Positions 1 through 14,215 of a stretch of 64,000 nucleotides of DNA are shown here, piece by piece. This stretch comes from Octopus sinensis (lineage: Eukaryota), in assembly GCF_006345805.1 (NCBI RefSeq), contig NC_043015.1, positions 33,294,001-33,358,000 of the forward strand, in the 5' to 3' direction. The notes under the pieces were generated by a model. That model was not told the DNA's origin. It saw only the letters and a program-made list of their open reading frames with translations, and did no database searches. The translations under genes were made by a program, and so were the position numbers. The stretch's first letter is position 1; the number at the start of each line of letters is the position of its first letter.

Positions 1-240
1 CCCTGAAAGAACAGCATGGTATCAACCTGGAACTATTGAATGTTAAGTAGTGATGAAATAAACTGTTTCAACAAAGACCAGGTTGTATATAATGGAGGGT
101 GGTCGTGGACGAGGGAGACCCAGGAAGACATGGATGGAGTATTGAAGGTCAATCGCAAAATGCTGAATCTTATGAAGGAGATGACAGAGGACCAAGATAT
201 GTAGCGCTTGGCTGTACTCAAGAAGACCCACCAACTGTAA
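1..240 (+). mobile_element. RTE-clade LINE 3' fragment
   Basis: ggtcgtggacgagggagacccaggaagacatgg = GRGRGRPRKTW, the typical RTE C-terminal motif. Confidence 0.7.
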
Positions 241-1356
241 CAGAATTGAGATCCTAAAACGAAGCTGCTACATAAAAAGTACCCAGTACACCCTGTAGAG
301 TAGATGGTATTAGAAAAGGCATCCAGCCATAGAAACGTTTAAATCAGCCGAATCCGGCCCAAATATTCTACCAGTTTTATGTTAAAACCAGCCAAACCTG
401 GCCTTTGATATCTATCCTACATTGTCGTAGTAAAAATAAACAACCACATCATTGAAATCTCTTGGTTACAAGATAATGCAAGATTAATTCAAAACTATGT
501 GAATTAATAAACATTGCATTTTACAGAATAATCTGAATGCTAAAGGGTTAAATGTAATTGTTTTATTTTTAGGATGACATGGTAGGTTAGGTGTGAGAGG
601 CTGGATCTGGTCAGTTTGGACGTAAAACAATATATTTGGGCCAGGTGAGGATGGTTATATATGTATATACATGCATAAGAACACAAATACACAAACGCAT
701 ATGTGATCAGATTCAACATTCAATAACGGAGCATCTCTTGTGTCTGAGTGGTCAGTCCAGACTTCATCAAAATTCCAAAAGCACTGTTTTTGGCAATAGT
801 CTTAACGAACTCCAAGATGTAAAAAGCAGGAGAAATTGAGTTTCAGCATCATTTTTTAAAATCAGTCAATAATAAATAGTAAAAAACAGCCCCAGTAATT
901 ATCATGTAGAACAGACTTGAGTGTATAATGCCTATTATAAAGGTGAGGTGGTGCCAAAGTGAGCAGTGTGCGCTCATGCACACAGATGCACAGACCTGTT
1001 GAATCTGTATGCTGCCAATCTATTGATGAGATGCATATTAAGAAATAACTTAGGCCTTAACAACCTTTCCATTCTGTACCAGTGTGAAAAGGTAGCTTGA
1101 AGATGAAGATGATGATTGGATACAATAGGGTGTGAATGAAAGAAAGAAAATGCTTAATATACATATGAAAGTTTTGAATGTAGAGGGTGCGATGGGTAAA
1201 TTGTTGCCAGTTTATATTTTGCATTTCATGCATGTGCATTGCTTATTTCTGATTGTCGACTACACATTATGGTAGGGTCAGTTGGGCACTGCCTGTGAGA
1301 AAAACAGCATCATGATGCAATTCACTCTGCCAGAAATTTAGAAACAACATGCTGTA

Positions 1357-1898
1357 TTGCTTGGCATCACTAGTGATGGCAATGTTATGCCTCCATTCAT
1401 CTTCCCACACGGCCTCAGACTCAATATGGAGGCTTACATCAAATGCCTGGAGGCGGTAGTGCTCTCCTGGGTCAACAGGGTGGCTGCTGGAAGACACTAT
1501 ATCTGGCAGCAGGACTTTGCACCATGCTACACAAGCAGGAGAACCCAGTCGTGGCTGTCAGACAATTTCTGCGACCACATCACCCCTAACATCTGGCCAC
1601 CTAACTCCACTGAGAGACCAACAAAACTCCTTGTAACACCAAGGATGAACTGAAGGCAAGGAGCATGGCAGCATTCACCAACTTAAACAAAGAGACCGTC
1701 CAGAAGAGTTGCAGGAGATTCTGAAGTTGTTTGGACACCATGGTTGAAGCCAATGGATGAGTTTATTGAATAAATTTACTCTTCAGTATTTCAAGATATT
1801 TCAATGTAAATTTGGTAAATATATCTGTTAAAATGAGATGCCAGTGTTATTTTCATTTTTGCATAATTTAGATGACAATTTATTCACTGCACGCTGTA
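1357..1898 (+). mobile_element. Tc1/mariner superfamily (maT/DD37D-like) transposon, 3' part, degenerate
   Basis: ORF 1357-1653 contains TSDGNVMPPFIF...YIWQQDFAPCYTSRRTQSWL...IWPPNS (catalytic region with a deletion). Ends in a TIR-like aatttattcactgcacgctg followed by TA. Confidence 0.85.
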
Positions 1899-4800
1899 TA
1901 TATTAAACGCATAAGAAATGTTTATTATACATAATATAATTTATATTTGTATGTATGTATATATATTAACAAAATATATTTAATATACACACACAAGTAA
2001 TTTATGTTTATATTGACATACATTAAAGCATATATAATTGTTAAGATGCATTCATGCATATACCAACACAACATATAAGAAATTGTTAGCATAGGTGGCT
2101 ATAGTTTATAATTCCTGAATATATATAAGTTAATATGATGCTAATAAACTTTATACACACACACATAAAATAATTTACAATGTGATTTTGTAAGTAGTCA
2201 CAGTAGTAGTGGGAGGACTGAAATGACAAATGGATGTGGACTGGGGGGGGGGATGAAGGAGTTATTGTTACAATGAAACAAAGTATTATCCCCCTGTCAA
2301 TTTCCTTTCACTAAATTATAAATAAGAGAGATAAGTATCCAATATAGTAATTTTCTTTCAGGTTTCATTCAAAAATAAATCATTCACACATTACCTTTCA
2401 AATGCATTTTATTGCTCTCACACACAAACACATACTTGTAATACACACACACACACACACCTATTGTCCATTCTGCAAGGTGGTTGGTGTTAGAATTATA
2501 AAAACCATGCAAAAATGGACAGTGAAGCCTGGTGCTAGCTTCTGGTTTACTAGCTCCTGTAAAACCATCCAACCCATGCCAGCATGGAAAATGGATGTTA
2601 AATGATGATTATACACACACACACTAGAGCATAGCTGTATGGTTAAGAAGTTTGCTTCACAACCATGTGGTTTCAGGTTCAGTCCCAATGGGCAAGTGTC
2701 TTCTACCAAAGGTGACTAAAGCTTTCTGAGTGGATTTAATACATGGAAACTGAAAAAGAACCCGTGTGTGTGTGTGTGTGTGTTTGAAAGTTCGAAGGAT
2801 CTGTCATTTTAATTATCTTTTTCTGAAGATATCTGTAAAGAAATAGCAATTTTAGCAAAACACTAATAATAAATCAAAAAACATAAAAATGAACAAGTTT
2901 TTGATGGTTTTATAGATATTTCAAAATTATGATGCTTTGATGCTAAGTATTTCCATTATTTTGTTCGACCCCTGTATATATGTACAGATACACATGCATG
3001 TAGGCACATATGAAAATATATTTGCTACATGTCATTTACATATACATTAACACATATACAAGAAAAGGGATAACACCCACACATTCACCCACAGTCACCT
3101 TATACACATAACCATATATAACTCAAACTAAATTTGGGGATTAACTTTATTTATAGCCAGCCCTGCTAACTTACATATGTACTTACCCTAAATACATAAT
3201 TAACTCCTCATGCGTTCATCATCTAGTTAGTCAAGACAAACATTTTGGTAAAATACCTCAAAAACTTTGTGACAGAAATAGTGCTTGCATGCACACACAG
3301 CAAGAAACACCCACATACACATATCTAAATACATGCACACACACATACCCAGACACACATCCATATATCTTGTTACTACTGGCAAAAATTTGGGTCAAAA
3401 GGGAAAAATCAAGAAAATAACTAATTAGGATGAGATTAAAACCAAAATTAAAGCATACAAGATTTAAATTAATTGAAATTTAATGAAAGAAGCAATCCTA
3501 CGGCACCCACACTCCTCCATCAATTTGGTGAGCATAATTTCAATTTTCTTCTTCGTAAACTAGAATAAAAGAGATGAGTCTTAACACAAAGCCAATTATT
3601 TCTGTTTAGGATGGGTGAGTACAGTTAATCATGTTATCTGCAGTATATTACTGGTATATATACCACCCTTAGACTCTTGCCGTAGAGAACAAAAAGTCTA
3701 CATCATCTACAATTGGCTGGAACTAAAACCAGAGGGTTGCTGAACAAGTGAATTTTTCCCCATATCTGATATTTTAAAAATTACTCTAGCACTTTATGAA
3801 GCTCATTAAAATGCTATAAATAGATCAGTATTTCCAGATATGACAGAGAAAATATTTAAGACCTGTACAAAACAGAAGTCCTAAACCTTTAGACTGTCAA
3901 TATGTTTTCATTAAGGAGAAGAAAAGTAATAATTGGTCGAAGAATATACAATTCAGTGGTGGACTTAAGTCCATTTTGATTCTATGAAGTGAAATAACTG
4001 AAGACAGAAACCAAAAGTAGAAGCTGAGGTGTTTGTCTCCAGATGAAGATTTCAGGTTAAAAACGAAAAAGTGAATGGGAAGTCGAGGCATTCATATCTT
4101 TCCCCAAAGTGATGTAAATAAAGTTGATAATGATAGAAAAGTAAATGAGAGCAGAAAGTGTGACATGGTTGTCACAATATTTTGAGACTTCATTCACACA
4201 CAATGACACAAATGCATAAAATGAAGGTATTGTTAGGTGAGTTCACTCACTCACATTAGCAGAAATATGTAGGACCAGGTGAACTTGTGCATTCCTCGGT
4301 ATACAACAAACATTTATTTTATTGACTCTAAAGGAATGCTATTTAGTCTTGCTCTAATGCACACACACAAATACATGTGTGTGTAGGGGCATCCAACCAT
4401 AAAAACCATGTCTAAGCAGACCTTGCCAGTGCTGGTGCTACATAAAAATCACCCAATTTACTGTGAAGTGACTGGTTTTAGGAAGAGCACCCAGCCATAA
4501 AAACTATGTCAAACAGAGGAGCTTGCCGCTGTTGGTGCCAGGCTAAGAAGCACTCAGTCCACTGTGTGATGTCGTTGGCATAAGAAAGGGCAGCCAACTG
4601 TAAAAACCATACAACCCATGCCAGCATGGAACATGGACACTGATGGTGATGAGCATGATATATGTATGTACATGCATGTGTGTGTGTGTGTGTGTGTTTA
4701 GAGAGAGAAAGAGAGAGAGGTGTAGAAATGGATGTGTTTCTCAAACATTCACTTCCAGATCAGGTTTTCAAATTCAGTCCCACTGTGTGGTACCTTGCAC

Positions 4801-5053
4801 AAGGGTCTTCTATAATTCCTGGCAATGTTTCCAATTTTCTGTGAAAGCATGTCTGGCCATGAGGAAATATAACCTAGTTCAGAGAATGGTAAAGGCTGGA
4901 AATAGGGAAGGAGTTCTGTCATAGAAAATCTGCCTCAACAAAATCTCTAACCCATGTGAGCTGCAAATTTGTTTCGTCTTTGTGCCTGCTCTTAAGATAC
5001 ACTCTACACCTTAAATATGAAGGAGTCCTTTTCTTAAATTGTGCATTCTTTAA

Positions 5054-5258
5054 CCCTTTTGTTACCATGTATCTGCTGAAATACACTGCCTTTGTTTTTT
5101 AAAATACTCTTTTACTTGCTTCAGTCATTTGACTGAGGCCATGCTGGAGCACCACCTTTAGTCGAGCATATCGATCCCAGGACTTATTCTATTGGTCCCT
5201 TTTGCTGAACTGCTAAGTTACGGGGACAGAAACACCCCAGCATCGGTTGTCAACACAG

Positions 5259-5344
<86 letters not shown>

Positions 5345-5662
5345 CACGACGAGATTCTTTCAGTTTCCGTCTACCATATCCACTCACAAGGCTTTGATTG
5401 GCCTGAGGCTATAGTAGAAGATACTTGCCCAAGGTGCTACAGTGGGACTGAACCTGGAACCATGTGGTTCGTAAGCAAGCTACTTACCACACAGCCGCTC
5501 TTATGTAAGTTTTAATAAAATAACTTAGTCATTATTAAGATGGTGTCTGGGACATAAATTAATGTGCAATTTCAATAAAAGGTTTTAATTTAGATCTCTG
5601 TAAAACAAGAAGTTTGTACCACAGAACCAAGGACAGTCTTAGGTGGACTGGTATCTAAAGGG
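5054..5662. mobile_element. TTAA-flanked piggyBac-like MITE with a nested SINE and (CA)n(TA)n at ~5107-5500
   Basis: ttaa|ccctttt...aaaggg|ttaa termini. Related copies at ~10950-11137 and ~35705-35921; a TTAA-ended element also ends at ~551. Confidence 0.7.
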
Positions 5663-8600
5663 TTAATCATATGATTTGGCAGTATGACCTGGTATTTCTC
5701 AAATGTGTGTGGCTTAAGGAGGGATCAGGTTGTGCCCAGTGTGGAGCAACAAAGATGGACCTTTGAATCACAAGTAAAGTAGACCCAACACGGTTCCACA
5801 CAGCTTCTCTCTACCCATATTTTACTCACAAGGCAAGGAGCAATGACCTGATTCTGGGAGAGAAACTTGCCCACAATTCCATGCATTGTAATTTAATCCA
5901 AGTCCTCACAAAACAAACACAATAGGTCTACCTGTGTCCAAACACACCCACACACACATACAAGCGTAAACGTAATTCAAACATACACACATACACATGT
6001 ACACACACGCTGTATATGACACACACACACATGTATACATTACTCCACAAACACACACAATGGTTGCTTGGCAAACAAAGAATAAATTCCATGAGTGGAT
6101 TTATTGTTCCCTTTTCAATCTCAAATTGGTATTTATAAATGTCTAATGTTATACTATTTGCAGAGAAAGAGGTGGAGGAGAGAGAGAAAGAGAAAGAGAG
6201 AGATGGGGAGAGAAGAAAGAGAGTGTGTGTGTGTGTGTGCACACAAGCCTGTTTTGAATATTGCTTCTCAAAGATAATAAATTTGCCTTAAACCTTTTAT
6301 GACCATAGTTTCAATGAAATACACAACCTGCTGCCACTGCTACCACCAGCGTATCAATCATTTTTATGTCCACTTTCCATGCCAGCATGGGTTCTGCAGG
6401 TCATCATGATCTGAAGCAGCTTCTACACGGAGTTACTGTCCTAAATGGGCAAGAGGGCCAAGTCTTGTTTGTACATACTATTTCTGATACAGTTTCTCCA
6501 ATTTACGCAGAGTACTGGATCCCTTTCAGGGTAACCCTACTTACTACAGACCTTATCTAGTGCTCTGTAACACTAAATCATCCTCTTCTCTATGTTGTCT
6601 CTACTCAAGTATTTTACAGAGTGTACTGGCTGCAGCTTATTTGGAGCATCAACACAGCTGAGGTTGTAAGACTGAATGCCCCTCACCACCATTCAATCAA
6701 GGCAACATGATTGACAGAATGAATAGAAGACAGTGAAACTGAGTGAATGAATAGAGTGAGAGAGTTTGGTGAAGGAGACAATAATAGAAGAGAGTTGGTG
6801 ATGGCAACTACCATGTTAGCTGATGAGAGAGACTGAGTTACTTAGTTAGTTTGGATAGTAATGGGTAATACTAAAGCATGAGAGAGTAACAGAGTGTGTT
6901 TTAATTAGTTTTGTAAATAATGAAGAATTTGCATAGTAAAGTAACTTTTTTTTTTTTCTTCAATATAAAGCTGATGTATTGAGCAGAATCTTAACAAAAA
7001 AGTTTGTGAAATTAAGATATGGTAGATCTGTGTCAAAGAAACAAGCAGAGAAAATAGGTATTCGGTAGTTTGGTATCAAAAGAACTGACAGTAAATGGAT
7101 GAGCAACACCATCTGCTAGCTCCACTTAGTACAAAGCACCTCCCACTCCAAGAATCAGTCAGCACTCCGACTGTAAGACCGCTCATGCAATATAGTAATC
7201 TGTCACTCTACAATACCTGTGCTACCTACCACACACACACACACTGGATCTATCCATGTTATTACCTACCACACACTGTACAATCGATATCTGTGCTACC
7301 TACATCACCACATTAACTACGCAAAATTCCTACATTTCATTAAGCTTCACAACATCGTCAGTAGCACCAACAACAACAATTAAAAACCGAAACCTATCGC
7401 TCACAAGTGAGCATGATTTGGTAGCATGTACTTTGCTTTCACTAATTGTTTTAGGTGTGTCTGTTGTCGCAGACAGGCAGTGACAGTGTGTTCCACCCTT
7501 GGCCCAGGAGGACACCAAGTATATGATTGCGAAAGAGAAAGAGAGCTGCACCGGCACTGAGCTGGTTATGTATTTTAGTGGAGTAGACTAAAGCACTGTG
7601 AAATGAAGTGCCTTGCTCAAGGTCACAACAAACCACCTGGACTAGGAACTGAATCTACAATCCTGTAATCATGAGCCCAACACCCTAACCACTAGGCCAC
7701 ATGCCACCAAAGCACCAAATTTAAACAGTTCTGATATTCCAGTTCATGGTACTTTTACTTACCCATCCCAGGTACACTTGAGTCATTTTTATTCAAATGC
7801 TTGTCCTTGACAAAATTGCTTTAGTACCCCCAATTAAAAAAAAAAAAAAAATTACGCATGCACACACAAATGAAAATTGGCAGGGAGATACCCATGCATA
7901 CAGACACACAGAGCGTGAGAAGAGAAATACCCAGAATAGCAAGTATTCACTAAATTTGGGGCACAGCATTTCCTGTTCCATTTCTATTTTTCCTCATGAT
8001 TTTTTTAATAATGTGCCTGGCTTCTGTCCAAAAATTCTCAGTTAATTAGTCAGGTGACTTTATAAAAGACATCATTCAAAAAGTATGAGAATGGCATCTG
8101 AAGCCCAAGGACAAGTTGACACTCCTCTATCAGGCCAACTGGGTTATTGGCATCATACAGTATTTCTACACCAGATACATTTATACTTCCCTTTACATTT
8201 ATTTAATTTTCTGATGTAAATCCTTTATCTGTCTAGGAATTGCTTCCTACACATCCATCATTCTGGCAACAAAAAAAATTATCAACATCATCATCATTAT
8301 TATTATTATTATTATTATTAATAATAATCATAACAACAATAATGATGGTTTCAAATTTTGGCACAAGGCCAGTAATGTCGGGGGAGTGAGTAAGTTGATC
8401 ACAACACCCCCCAGAGCTCAACTGGTGCTTATTTTATTGATCCCAAAAGGATGAAAAGCAATGTTGACCTAGAGGGAAATTTGAACTCTGAAGATAGACG
8501 AAATGGGTAAAGACTAAACTGTTGAAGCTCAAATACCTTGTGGTATTTGTTTAAGCACATAACTTTCTGAGTTCAAATCACACTGAAGTTAGCTCTGCCT

Positions 8601-11600
8601 TTCATTCTTCAAGGGACAATAAAATAAAGTACCACTCAAAACATTGAGAGCCAATAAAGACAACCAATCCTTTTTCCCAAATTCTTAGATTCATAACATA
8701 AGTAAAAAAAAATCATTATTAATGTTATTATCATAATTATATTTGTCTGCACATAAGACAAATTATATTCTAAAAAAAAAATCCAATTTCTTTTCTTAAT
8801 GAGATCAAGAAAAAGTGATTTGGAATTGAAAATGTGCATTGTCCCTCAACATACATAAACAGAAACCCTTAAGGAGTGGCTAAAGGTTATGGGAGGCACA
8901 AACACCAAGATGGAACCACTAAAAACAATATATCTAGCAGTCTCACATTTTGGTGAAAATGCAGAGATAGTTATGTGGTTAGGAAATTTGGTTCATTACC
9001 AGGAGGAGGCAGATGGCTTACTGGTTAGGGTGTTGGATGCATGATCGTAAGATTGTGATTTTGATTCCTAAACTGGGCAGTGCATTGTGTTCTTGAGCAA
9101 AGCACCTCAATTCATGTTGTTCCAGTCCACTCAGCTGGTAAAAATAATTCTGTAAAAGACACCAACAACTCTACAGAGTGTACTGGGTGTCTTTGACATG
9201 TCGCCGTCATGTGCCATGACTATGATTTCACTTAGCTTGAAATGTCTTCTGAAGCAGCAAAACACTACAAGTTTTGGTCACTTGTCATCACCTCCATATA
9301 TATATATATATATAAATGTTGCCAATGACTTGATAATTGATTATCAGAATTTACCATTGACTTGTTATATCAGCTGACAGAACGTGGTCTTCAGTTTCGT
9401 AATTTATATATTTAATTCAATAAATGTTTAAGTTGTATAACATTTTTTTCTCCAGGCCACAAACCTCATCTGTAGAGATAAAAATATTTTAAAATTATTT
9501 CTATCTACACTACATTTGCTTCAGTTCAAACCCTTATTAAATTATAGAAATATTAAACATTCTCTCCTCTCAACAGCTGAGCCCCTTCATAAATCTCATT
9601 TGCAAAGCGATTTCATCATAAAAAATTTGTAGGACCAAACAGACTGAGGTCATGTCGAGTAAAGAAACAAAAGAAAAGAGGCACAAGGGTTGCAGTAGGG
9701 TTAGTTTGATCAATACCTTAAAGCTCACAGCAATTGGTGTGAAAAAAATTTAATTCCTCTTTTGTGCAAATGTTTGAAGAATTTAAGCAAGTAGAATAAT
9801 GATACTTTATAAAAATATTTTTACAATATCAATTGAATTGAGAAGATTTTGATTGTTGAAGATATTGATCTATTGTAGTGATTCCATTCTCTGATTTGTT
9901 GTGACAGCAAGTGAGAGGAAGTAGAGATGATGCAAAATAGCAAGGAATAGTTCGATAAACCTACCGTTTCTCAGCCCTACATTACAAGAAACAGATTTAC
10001 AACTAACCACAACAGTAGCAGCAGCATGAAGAAAAGTTAATGTTGCTACTTCTACTAAATAGAGTTTGTGAGAGAGAGAGAGAGTGATTTGTAGGTTCAT
10101 CGATTAGGTTATCATAGCTAGATAAGGAGATCAATACCAAATCAATATACAAGAAACTTGCTCAAATAACAGTTAATTGAAACAGAGGTGTGACAATGGG
10201 GTGGTTAACATGTTAGATTTTTGGGTGTAAAAGTCACAGTGTTGACCTCCCTCAAACAGCTGGGGAGTCATTATTTTGTCTGTTTGGTAGAGGTATTGGT
10301 GCCAGCACAGCTATAAATAACATTTCTATTTTATGTTAGATGGGGGTTTGTACTTGAAAGGATAGAACTAGCTAACAGTAATTATATTTGCCTAAATATA
10401 ATGTGTGACTATTTCAGGTTTAGCAAAGCTACACTATCTGCAGCATACAAACAAATCTAGAAGATAGTGGAAGGTATCCATGGTGAGATTGATGAAGGGA
10501 GAGTTGTAAAGAAGTAGCCAGGTTAGATGTGAAGATAAAAACATATAAATGAGAGACATTAAATAGAGATGTGTCATGCGATGAAACATTACAAATCTAT
10601 CCAAAGCATACCTAACATTGGAAAAACCAAGAATAAAAAAACCAAACTAGAACAGGTTATCACAGGTGAACTGTTTGTCACCATATTGATCACAAGTAAA
10701 TGACTTGTTTAAAATGGAATCGCAAACATATCACAGGTATATCTCCCAGCTGCACAGAGATGGTGTGAGCACTAAAAAAATTGCCAAGATGAAACTTGGA
10801 GACATGACCAGAAATATGTGGAGAAGTGGTAGCTGATGTGGCATTTCATTCTATTGAAAAGTGAGAATAAAGCAGCACCTGGTAAGATTTTAACACAGAA
10901 TCTAACTGAATATTGTAATCCATTGTGTTACTGTTATTCCACCAGTTTTAACCTTTTTGATACCAACCCACCGGAGACTGTTCTTGGATCTATGCTAAAA
11001 ATTTGGAGTTTTTAAGTGATCTCATTTAAAACTACCTTTTAAGATTTCATTTTAATTTATAGCCCAAACACCAGTGTAAATTCTTCATTATTTCCAAATC
11101 AATGTGTTTTGATAGAAATGAAGTAATAAAAGGGTTGGTGATGATGATGATGGTCATTAATAGTGGCCAAATGAATAAGAGGACATAGCGTTGTGGAGTT
11201 GGCAGCTGAAAGACAGAAAGAAATGGTAGGAGTGTGTGGTTAGCAGAACGACAACAGGAAATTCTTGTTTTGGTGCAGCAGAGAATTTATCTAAGTTTGC
11301 TGCCTCAGATTTTCTACTTTCAGTCCAACCAAACTATGCTTACTATTTTGTCTCTGAAGAGTTGATAATTAACAGTTAATTGACTAATTATCAGTAACTG
11401 ATTATATTTCCCTTCATGTTAACTCCAAATAACTTAATGTTTGCATTCAAATCCTGATAGGATGGGCTCTGTTGTTTGTTTGTTGTCAAAGGTTGATCAA
11501 ACAGTCCTCGGGCCAACGAAGGAAGTCTTACATGGGCACTTGATCTGCTAGGAAAAAACCAGATAAAACCTCCCTGGCAGCATAACCTACACTCTTAAAA

Positions 11601-12204
11601 AGGAAGGACACGTTGGACAACGTAGTCTTGCTTATGTAAAGCAATGAAACGATCACGACTGAAGCATATTTGGTCAATCAGAGCTGACAAGGCACTAAAC
11701 AACAATATCACCTCAATCAACAATAACATTCCATTAAAAACATCCACAGCCTGGCTGTGTGCTGAGAAGTTCCCTTATGCAGTAACATACAAGGATTGAG
11801 TCAGCTGACTCTACCTACCCCTGCACTTCTCCCTCACAACCCCCCCCCCCCGAAGCATTAAACAGTTATTTATTACCAAAAGCAGGTTGACCCAGCGGTT
11901 GTCTTGCTTCATAAATAACAATCAAATGACACCAGTCATTAAACTACTTCAGTCTTCGTCCACCTTGACGCTGATTGTCTTCATTACCAAATTATCTGCT
12001 GCTGTTGTTTAGCCCTAGGTCAGTCCTGACTGAACAGAGCTATGATCAAACGTTATTCTAGCTCTGATCATTGCAATGTGTTTCTTCGTCTCAGATGAAA
12101 TACATTGAAAACTACCATCATCCAATACATTCTTCCTACTTTAAGACAAAAGAATGTGATTTGAAGGAAACTTGACTTATTTCTAGCAGAGAGTATGGAA
12201 GAAG

Positions 12205-12533
12205 TAAAGAAAAAGACCCTCCTTTGGTCCCAAATGACCATGTGATTGCCCCCAAAAAGTTCCCCTCCAAGGCACAAGTCCAGGAAAGGCTGTTTGTGGG
12301 AGGCCAGCGGTCACCAATGCATACCAGTCTCCATGCCACTGATGTTATCCAAGAGGAAAGCAATAGTTTAGCACCAGTGACATGACAACTCATTTCCACA
12401 GCTGAGCCAACTGGAGCAACATGAAATAAAGTGTCTTGCTCAAGAACACAACACATAACCTGGTCCAGGAATCAAACTCACAACCTCATGATTGTAAGCC
12501 CAACACTCTAACCACTAAGCCACGAACCTTCAC
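12205..12533 (-). mobile_element. tRNA-derived SINE with CORE-like segment
   Basis: tgaaataaagtgtcttgctcaagaacacaac...ggaatcaaactc (B-box on the minus strand). A similar copy lies at 38830-39150 and partial copies at ~7590-7705, ~9010-9140 and ~29990-30065. Confidence 0.75.
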
Positions 12534-13771
12534 AGAGTATAGAAGTAGAAACATACATTTCAATAGAAAGGAATAAACATGCAAAAAGCTGTCCTCCCCC
12601 AAAGTAAACTGATATAGAATAATGTAAAGACCACATGAAAATACCTATAATGTAATAATTATAAGTAAGACACGAAATAATTCTGTTGTGTAATTCAACT
12701 GATGTCTTGATTCAGCTGTTTCAAATCTAGAATCAACCTAACTTGCACAACTGCACCTTAAAATCTTGTATATGGTGACAATATACAGGGCTGGAAGTAT
12801 TTTCTGACCCTGAAGTTGAACTCAACTTTTGGGATGTAATTTTGGGTTATGTGGTTAACATAAAAGCTAGTTAGAAGTTGTGAATAGCCCCCCCCCCCAC
12901 TTCAGAGTTGTGAATGTATGTGTGCATGCGTGCATGTGCAAATGAAAAATGACTGAAGAATGAAGACAGAAATGATAAGTGTGAGAGTAGGAGGAGTACT
13001 GTAATATAGGGAGTATAACAAGCAACCTGTTGTTAACATAGATTTATGGGAACATGAATCAATGGATTGTACTCGAGAAGACGCACCCACTACAACCAAG
13101 GTACCACTTAAAAAGCATTGGTGTGGGTGCTGGTGTCATGTAAAAAAAATACACCCAGTACACTCTGTGAAGTGGTTGGCATTAGGAAAGGCATCCAGCC
13201 ATAGAAACCAAGCCAAAACAGACCATGGAACCCGGTGTTGCCAGCTTGTGTCAAGCCATCCAACCCATGCCAGCATTGTAAACAGACTTTAAATATTGAT
13301 GATGAATCACTTGATGTACTTGTGATTCGGCTCATGATAAAAATTTAGAATTACTTGAAAGTACTGCAGAGAAGTGAACAAATATAATGCAGCAGACAAC
13401 GAACCTGAAAGTCAGTGGTTCCTATATCAGAGGTATTGTTTTGTGCCATAGGCCCAGGTGTTTAACTGCTAGGTTGACTTCACTGAGTTCACCTCGCTGT
13501 AACTTGGTACTACAGCTAGAAGTAGGTGGTGTAGTTCACCGGACTGTATGTGTATAGCTGAAGTGCTACGTGGAAGATCGAGGAGTAGCTCGTTATTTTG
13601 CAGTTCCAGGATTTACTTTCTTCCACAGGACAAAGTTTTCTGTGCTGTGTTATCCAGGTGAAGATTTATCTCACATCCACTTAACACTACAGGAAACCAG
13701 TGACAAAACACTTATGGATAACAAGAGACATGTGAGCTGTATTAGAAGAAGGAGGAGCATAGGAAACTTAC

Positions 13772-13928
13772 CGAATGTATTTGGTCACCTCGTCGAAGCT
13801 CTCCACTGAGATCGGCAGGTCCCCCTGCCAAAATGAATGAAACAAAAATCCCTTCTCCATCTTCACCACCAACAATATTGAATCCTAGACCAGTCGAGCC
13901 TTTGTTTAGAACTATTCTTCTTGGTTCT
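13772..13928 (-). CDS. dlg1: Discs large (DLG/SAP97/PSD-95 family MAGUK) internal exon, first part of the PDZ3 domain
   Basis: Reverse complement reads tttcag|A GAA CCA AGA...CAT TCG|gtaagt. The 157 nt exon (phase 2 in, phase 0 out) translates to (R)[52 protein letters not shown], near-identical to DLG PDZ3 including the GLGF loop. Both splice sites are canonical. Confidence 0.97.
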
Positions 13929-14032
13929 CTGAAATTATAAGAAGAAGGGATGGAGAAATTAGTAAAACAGCAGCAACAACAATAACAACAATAATAATGG
14001 TTTCAGATCCAGACACAGAGAAGGGGTAGTTG

Positions 14033-14215
14033 ATACCTATTGCTTTACTACCCACAAGGGGCTAAACACAGAGCGGACAAACAAGGACAGACAAACAGAT
14101 TAAGTCGATTATATCGACCCCAGTGCGTAACTGGTACTTAATTTATCAACCCCGAAAGGATGAAAGGCAAAGTCGACCTCGGTGGAATTTGAACTCAGAA
14201 CATAACGGCAGACGA
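14033..14215 (-). mobile_element. tRNA-derived SINE (abundant family)
   Basis: Core gaccccagtgcgtaactggtacttaatttatc..ccccgaaaggatgaaaggcaaagtcgacctcggtggaatttgaactcagaac recurs many times in the window. B-box gagttcaaattcc on the minus strand. Confidence 0.85.

Larger units (their letters stand above)
1..13771 (-). other. dlg1: dlg1 intron downstream of the PDZ3 exon (>13.7 kb; next exon not seen in the window)
   Basis: Begins with gtaagt at 13771. No VNG..L....HE.AA continuation of PDZ3 was found by eye. Confidence 0.75.

Noticed and set aside
3181-3230. Perfect AGG|gtaagt donor on the minus strand
   Set aside because: The nearest ATG gives phase 2, which is incompatible with the phase-0 downstream exon, and there is no convincing acceptor.
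7762-7785. ATG..TGG|gtaagt phase-0 mini exon (MTQVYLGW) downstream of the PDZ3 exon
   Set aside because: It would start in the middle of the PDZ domain and has no supporting context. It shows that such ATG-donor pairs can arise by chance.
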